From Moniliella sp. 'wahieum' (taxonomy: Eukaryota), in the NCBI GenBank assembly GCA_003971905.1, contig RSEE01000131.1, positions 62,001-126,000 of the forward strand: 64,000 bases of DNA, read 5' to 3'. Positions within the stretch are counted from its first letter, which is position 1. The number at the start of each line of letters is the position of its first letter. The position numbers and the translations under genes were made by a program. Below are positions 59,134-64,000 of this stretch, one piece after another. The notes beneath the pieces were generated by a model. That model saw nothing but the letters and a program-made list of their open reading frames with translations. It had not been told where the DNA came from and ran no database searches.

Positions 59134-61911
59134 ACCACATGGTTGCATGTGGTTTACATACTCACTCTGTTATTGACTCCGGCTCTCCCCTTTATATCTA
59201 CCAGTCCGCCTAGACTCTCTGAATGACACACCTCCATCTTCCCCATCTCTCACTACCCTTAACAGGTTAACCCTTTCATACAGTCCGATCACGCTTCAAG
59301 CCATCCGCTGCCGTCGGATTGCCCGTGCCCGTGCATTGCGGTTGCATTGCATGTTCGGGGGGCCGCGAGCGGCAGAAAGATGTTTCACCCGTGTCTCACC
59401 CACCCCGCACGCACAACCGCAACAGCTGTCGGCCCACCACGAGGACTGAATGTGGGGCCGGGTGGTCCATCGATCGTTGACAGTTAGCGCTTAGCATGTA
59501 TCATCGATCAGGGATCATGCTCATGCTCATGGGTCACCGGTCATCGATCATCCCTTTCGTCCGGTCGCCTCCGCTGGCCCATCGTTGTGGGTTATCCTCC
59601 TTATATCCGTACTGGCAAGCCGGACCTCCTACTTGCCAATCCGAAGTATGTTTATCCCCAACAAGTCGTAGACCTTTGGGGGATCCACTCTGATATCGGT
59701 GATCCGCCTTAAAGCCTCACATAAGCAAAAAAACAATGGATGCAAAAGCACCGCACCCGCCTTCGGGACAGTGAGTCATTGACGACGGTCCACAAAAGGA
59801 ACCATCACAAGTCACTAGCCATCCCTCTTACCTGTGTGTTCTGGTGGTCCGCAAGGGGATGCATTGCACGAATGAGGCCGAGGAAACTTGAAAAGCGTCA
59901 ATTAAAGACAAACCGTCTCATTGGTTGAGGTCAACGTTGAGGGTCAAGTGGTGGATGCTCTGTACTCAGTGTTGCTTTGTCGTCCGTCAGTGGACCAAAT
60001 CCGACCATGCTCGTCTCCGCCGTGCTGGACGCGGATCGTTTCCTAGCAAGACAAGGTCGAGTATATTCGAAGGGAAGGAAAAAGGAACTGCAGAGAGAGA
60101 GCCGTAGTATAATAGCCACCCCCGTAGGACGCGCGATAGTCACATGTGACGCGGCCGCCGTCGGTCGGGAAACAAGACAAAGATGGCACAGAGCAGCCAC
60201 AGCTGGGTAACCATTGCCGGTACCGGCTTACCCAGAGGATCCCTTCGACTCGCATCTCTCTCTCCCCGGTTGACGTTTGACGTGTGGGGCCGACCGACGA
60301 AGAGATCCCCCAGATGGGGCAGGGGGGTGTGAGTTGTGAGTACTAGTTACCACCAAGCGACTCAACCTCGATCATGTCTCACAAGCTAAATAAGGCCACC
60401 GAACTTCCAGTGTCGTGGCGACGTCTGTTGCCCCGTCCCCGTTTCCTTTCCCTTTCTCGGTCGCGCTGCGGCGACCAACCCCACCTTTGACGTGTCTTCC
60501 TTTCTACACCCCCTCTTGTATCCATTTCCCTTTTGATCTTGCCTGTACCCCTGGTTGATGGGGATCTTTTCCCCCACCTTCCATTCTCGTCTCAACCCCC
60601 TCGTCTACCCTCCCGCCTATCCTGTGCGACCCCTGCCCGTTTTCAAACCAATTGGTCCAGTACAGGTAGCCTACTCTTGTTAGCGTCCGACATCTCCTCC
60701 GACCTCTCGTCCTCCAGCCATTTGTCAGTCCAGTCGCGTGAGCCCTCCTCTGGCCGCGATGATTCCTAATCTCAGTTGAGGCAGTGTCTGTCCCCCTCTA
60801 CCTCCTCCCGTCCATAAGTCCCGGAGGCTTCAGACACGTTACTACGGCCCAAGCCGGTGCAGACGCAGCCTTGCCACACGAGCATCCGCCCCACCCAAGG
60901 CCTCTCCTCGTCCCTAGCTCCGCTCGGATTACCAACCAGCCTAAGCCCGAAACTACCGTGAGTTGACCTACCGTCGCCTAAGGGATTGTACCCCCAAAAC
61001 CCCAGGGCGGGCCCCCTGGCGGCGCCCTCCCGTGACAGTAAGGGTTGTGAAGTATTTTTCTGGGTTGCAGGCGCTGAAAACGCTAACGCAGCGTGAGCAC
61101 ACGGGGCCAGGTCTCTCTCTGCGGGAAGCACCAGCGGCGTCCGCCCGTGACACCGTCGGCCACGCCATTTGTAGGCGCAAGGCCCACCTCGGCTTTCCGC
61201 TTTTGCACGCGCCCCTTTAGCTGCGCTTGAATGAATCTCGGTCCCCACGTTTGTTTCTCCCCGTTGCACTCAAGATGATTGAACTACTAAGTACTAGCGT
61301 CTCGTCAGGAGCTTACAAGAAGTTATTATATCTGTGACTCTTTCCTTTTCTCACGTGCACAAGCCCTTACCCCATTGGAAGCTCGTCGCTATATCGGTGT
61401 TAACGGACAGCAGGATTCAGTACTTATGCCTTACCCCATTGGACGTTGGTGGCGATCCCCTGTTGACTTAAGAGCCGGATGGGCAGAAGGACGAGGAGAA
61501 GGCGATGGATTGGAGCTAGAGGTGGGTCGGAGTACACCGACATCTATGTAGGAGGCTCGACTAGACACGGGGCCAGTGAGGCTCACAGGCGTGAAGGCAG
61601 GCACGGGGACAGTGCCACAGGCGGGACACTGTGATCGATCAGACCGATCAAGCCACGCCAGGTGGCGTCACATATCACGTGTGACATGTCACATGTCACA
61701 TGCCACATGCCACCATCCTCCAACAGAAGGACGGACGCCTAAAGCACAACCCAGTTGCGCCACTATCTTGCCTTCGGCGGCGTTTTGGGGCCTCACGTGT
61801 TGCGTGTCGTGGATGCGAGGATTCCAGGCTGGGGATGGGTCGGTTGGACGATGAGAGTAGAGATCTGAGATCTGAGAGCACACTGACCATGACCGGGAAG
61901 TGCAAAAAGAA

Positions 61912-61993
61912 TGCCTCTTGGCCGAATCGAACGACCGATCTTCTCATGCCAGTACACTACTAGTGAGATGCTTTACCACTGAGCCAAAGAGGC
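61912..61993 (-). tRNA. tRNA-Thr(AGT) with 10-nt intron (61948-61957)
   Basis: Reverse complement GCCTCTTTGGCTCAGTGGTAAAGCATCTCACTAGTA[GTGTACTGGC]ATGAGAAGATCGGTCGTTCGATTCGGCCAAGAGGCA, followed by an oligo-T terminator. Confidence 0.95.
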
Positions 61994-62309
61994 GGATGGA
62001 GTGAGGGCGCAAGTATGGCCAGCACCGTAATTCACCAACACCGCCTAGATAGCCATGGCTGGCCCGCCATGCAAGAGACACGGTGACGTAAGCGGTGCGG
62101 GCGGTGCACTGCTGTGCTGCCCAGCGAACCCGCCTGGATGCTCCTGGAGGGTGGTGGGTGTCGCTGGGTGGCCGGTCGTCGATCGGCGCGGCGGGATGGA
62201 TGCTCGGCGGCCATCAGGCTGCGGGTGCTCGCCTCTCCGCCACCGCCACCGCCGCCGCCGCCCGAACCACCACTGGTGGCTGGCGCGTCCCCGCCCCGTC
62301 CTCCTGCCC

Positions 62310-63720
62310 ATGCTCCCTCGCTCCCTCGCACTGCTCGCCCCGCCTCCGCGCAGGATACACGCTCGCGCTCTGCGCCCTGCCCGCCGGCGCTGACCTCGCC
62401 GCGTCCCTCGCTGCCTCTTTCGCCGGTCCTGCCAGCCGCCTACGCCGACGGCCGCTCAGCACCTCCGCCGCTCTTGCGCGGCCCGACACATCGCACCACA
62501 GCCACGCCGCCCTCCACCCCTCCGCCCAGCTGCATGCCACCTACACCGACGCCGACTGGGCTGACCAAGCGCGGGTACGCCTCCTTGCCGTCCCGCTTGC
62601 TACCGCCAAGCCGGGCGGCATGCCCATCGTGACCTACGTTGCCCAGTCCATGGTGGAGCCTGTGCGGGACCCGGCCGCTCGCAACACCCTCCGTGGCCGC
62701 CTGGCGCACTACTCGAACAAGATTCTGGCCAAGGCATCCGAGTTCTGGATTGGGCTTGGCCAGCCTGGTGTCAAGTCGGTGGGAGATTGGAAGCGGAGGA
62801 CGTATGTCACGGGAGAAAAGTTGATGGACCGGATCGAGTACCAGGAATGGTCGCTCAAATCGATCAGCCAGGTGATTGGACCTCACTTTGAAGACCTGCT
62901 CACCCGCATCTCCAAGACCAAGGTCAAGCTTGCCTCGGTCGAGGCGGGGCATGTAAGTATTTCTGACTCTCCCTCCTTATTTCCACTCCCCCCCCACTTC
63001 CCACCCCCAGTGCAGGACCATTGACATGCTCTTCGTCCTCCCAGATCCCGCTCCTGTATCCTGCCAAGGGGAAGCCTACACTTCCTCCTCCGCATTCACG
63101 ATTGAGCCTTCGGTCTTACTCTCGTCCTTGGCCTCTCTGGCGGAGAAACGGGTGCCGCACCATCGGCGTCTTCTGATCTGGTCTGTGGTTGCCATGCCAC
63201 TCACAATTCCTGTTGCCATCTTGCCCGTGATCCCCAACCTGCCCTTCTTCTATCTGTGTTGGCGAGCCTTCTCGCATTGGCAGGCGATGCGCGCGTCGAC
63301 GCGCATCCTGTTCCTGCTAAGTAAAGGGCGTGTGGTTCCCCTCCCTCGGCGCAACTGGAATATGCGTTCAGCGTGGATCCTGATATGCTCCTGGCGCAGC
63401 AGGCCAAGAAGGACAAGAAAACCAAGGAAGAGAAGGAAGAAAGGAAGAGAAGGTGGTGGCGCCCGAAGAGGAGGAAGTGATGGACCAACGTCTCATTCTA
63501 CAACCCGTGCACATCACTCAGCTCCAACACTCGTTTGGTCTGGACCACCAATCGGTCGTGGACCTGACCCGGGCACGGACTCAGCTGATCGGATTGCTAG
63601 AGCAAGATGATAAACTGTCCTCGTCGGAGGAGAACAAACACAAGGTCAAGATTGTGCATCACATGCGCGAAATGGCCGAGCATGGCGAACGGGTAGAACG
63701 TGAGAAGAAGAATAATGTCC
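62310..63720 (+). CDS. Mitochondrial K+/H+ exchange-related protein (Mit_KHE1 / YDL183C-like); intron 62953-63044; 3' end uncertain
   Basis: Presequence-like MLPRSLALLAP; WKRRTYVTGEKLMDRIEYQEWSLKSI, HRRLLIWSVVAMPLTIPVAILPVIPNLPFFYLCWRAFSHWQA. Confidence 0.85.
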
Positions 63721-64000
63721 TTCCTGCTCGTTCTGTCCGTCGATCTTCGAACTTAGTTGCTACGGTTGCGGTTCCCATCTATCCCCGTTTTCTGCCCTCT
63801 GTTTTCCCTCCCTCAAGCACCAAAACTCGTGACATTCCAGAAGTATCCATCCATCCATCCATTGCCGTCTGCCTCGGTTGTATTAGAAGGAGCACACGGA
63901 CATAGAATAGAGACCCTCAATCGGCGTTGTTCTTGCCCCGCGTATAGCAACGTCTCCGCTTGCACTGCGATGGATATAGAGTGAATAGATCGACAAGAAC

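Overview
GC-rich eukaryotic DNA from a fungus. Short GTRYGT...CTRAC...YAG introns and the protein similarities suggest a basidiomycete, probably a yeast-like Ustilaginomycotina; this is inference. Almost every gene, including essential ones, is broken by small indels, which looks like an unpolished long-read assembly, so ORF ends are approximate. Core genes: a PXR1-like 3' end, eIF4G, a small cytochrome b5 ending in -AKL, TDP1, a HAL/Hrk1-type kinase, NDUFB8, ALG6, tRNA-Ser(TGA), a truncated NAD-glutamate dehydrogenase, a tannase/feruloyl esterase, a GH128 glucanase, ARP10, COQ2, a bacterial YghU-like GST, tRNA-Thr(AGT) and a Mit_KHE1 protein. The most structured region is 43.5-57 kb. A ~5.4 kb CACTG-type (CACTA/CMC) DNA transposon, with inverted ends, a subterminal 12-mer array and a degenerate transposase, sits at the junction of a tandem duplication of the 3' end and downstream flank of a pyruvate-decarboxylase-family gene. 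The left copy is split by nested insertions, and the inner ~4.4 kb insert is bounded by a 21-bp direct repeat and carries an intronless, secreted Say1-like esterase. All family assignments are from motif recognition; no searches were run.
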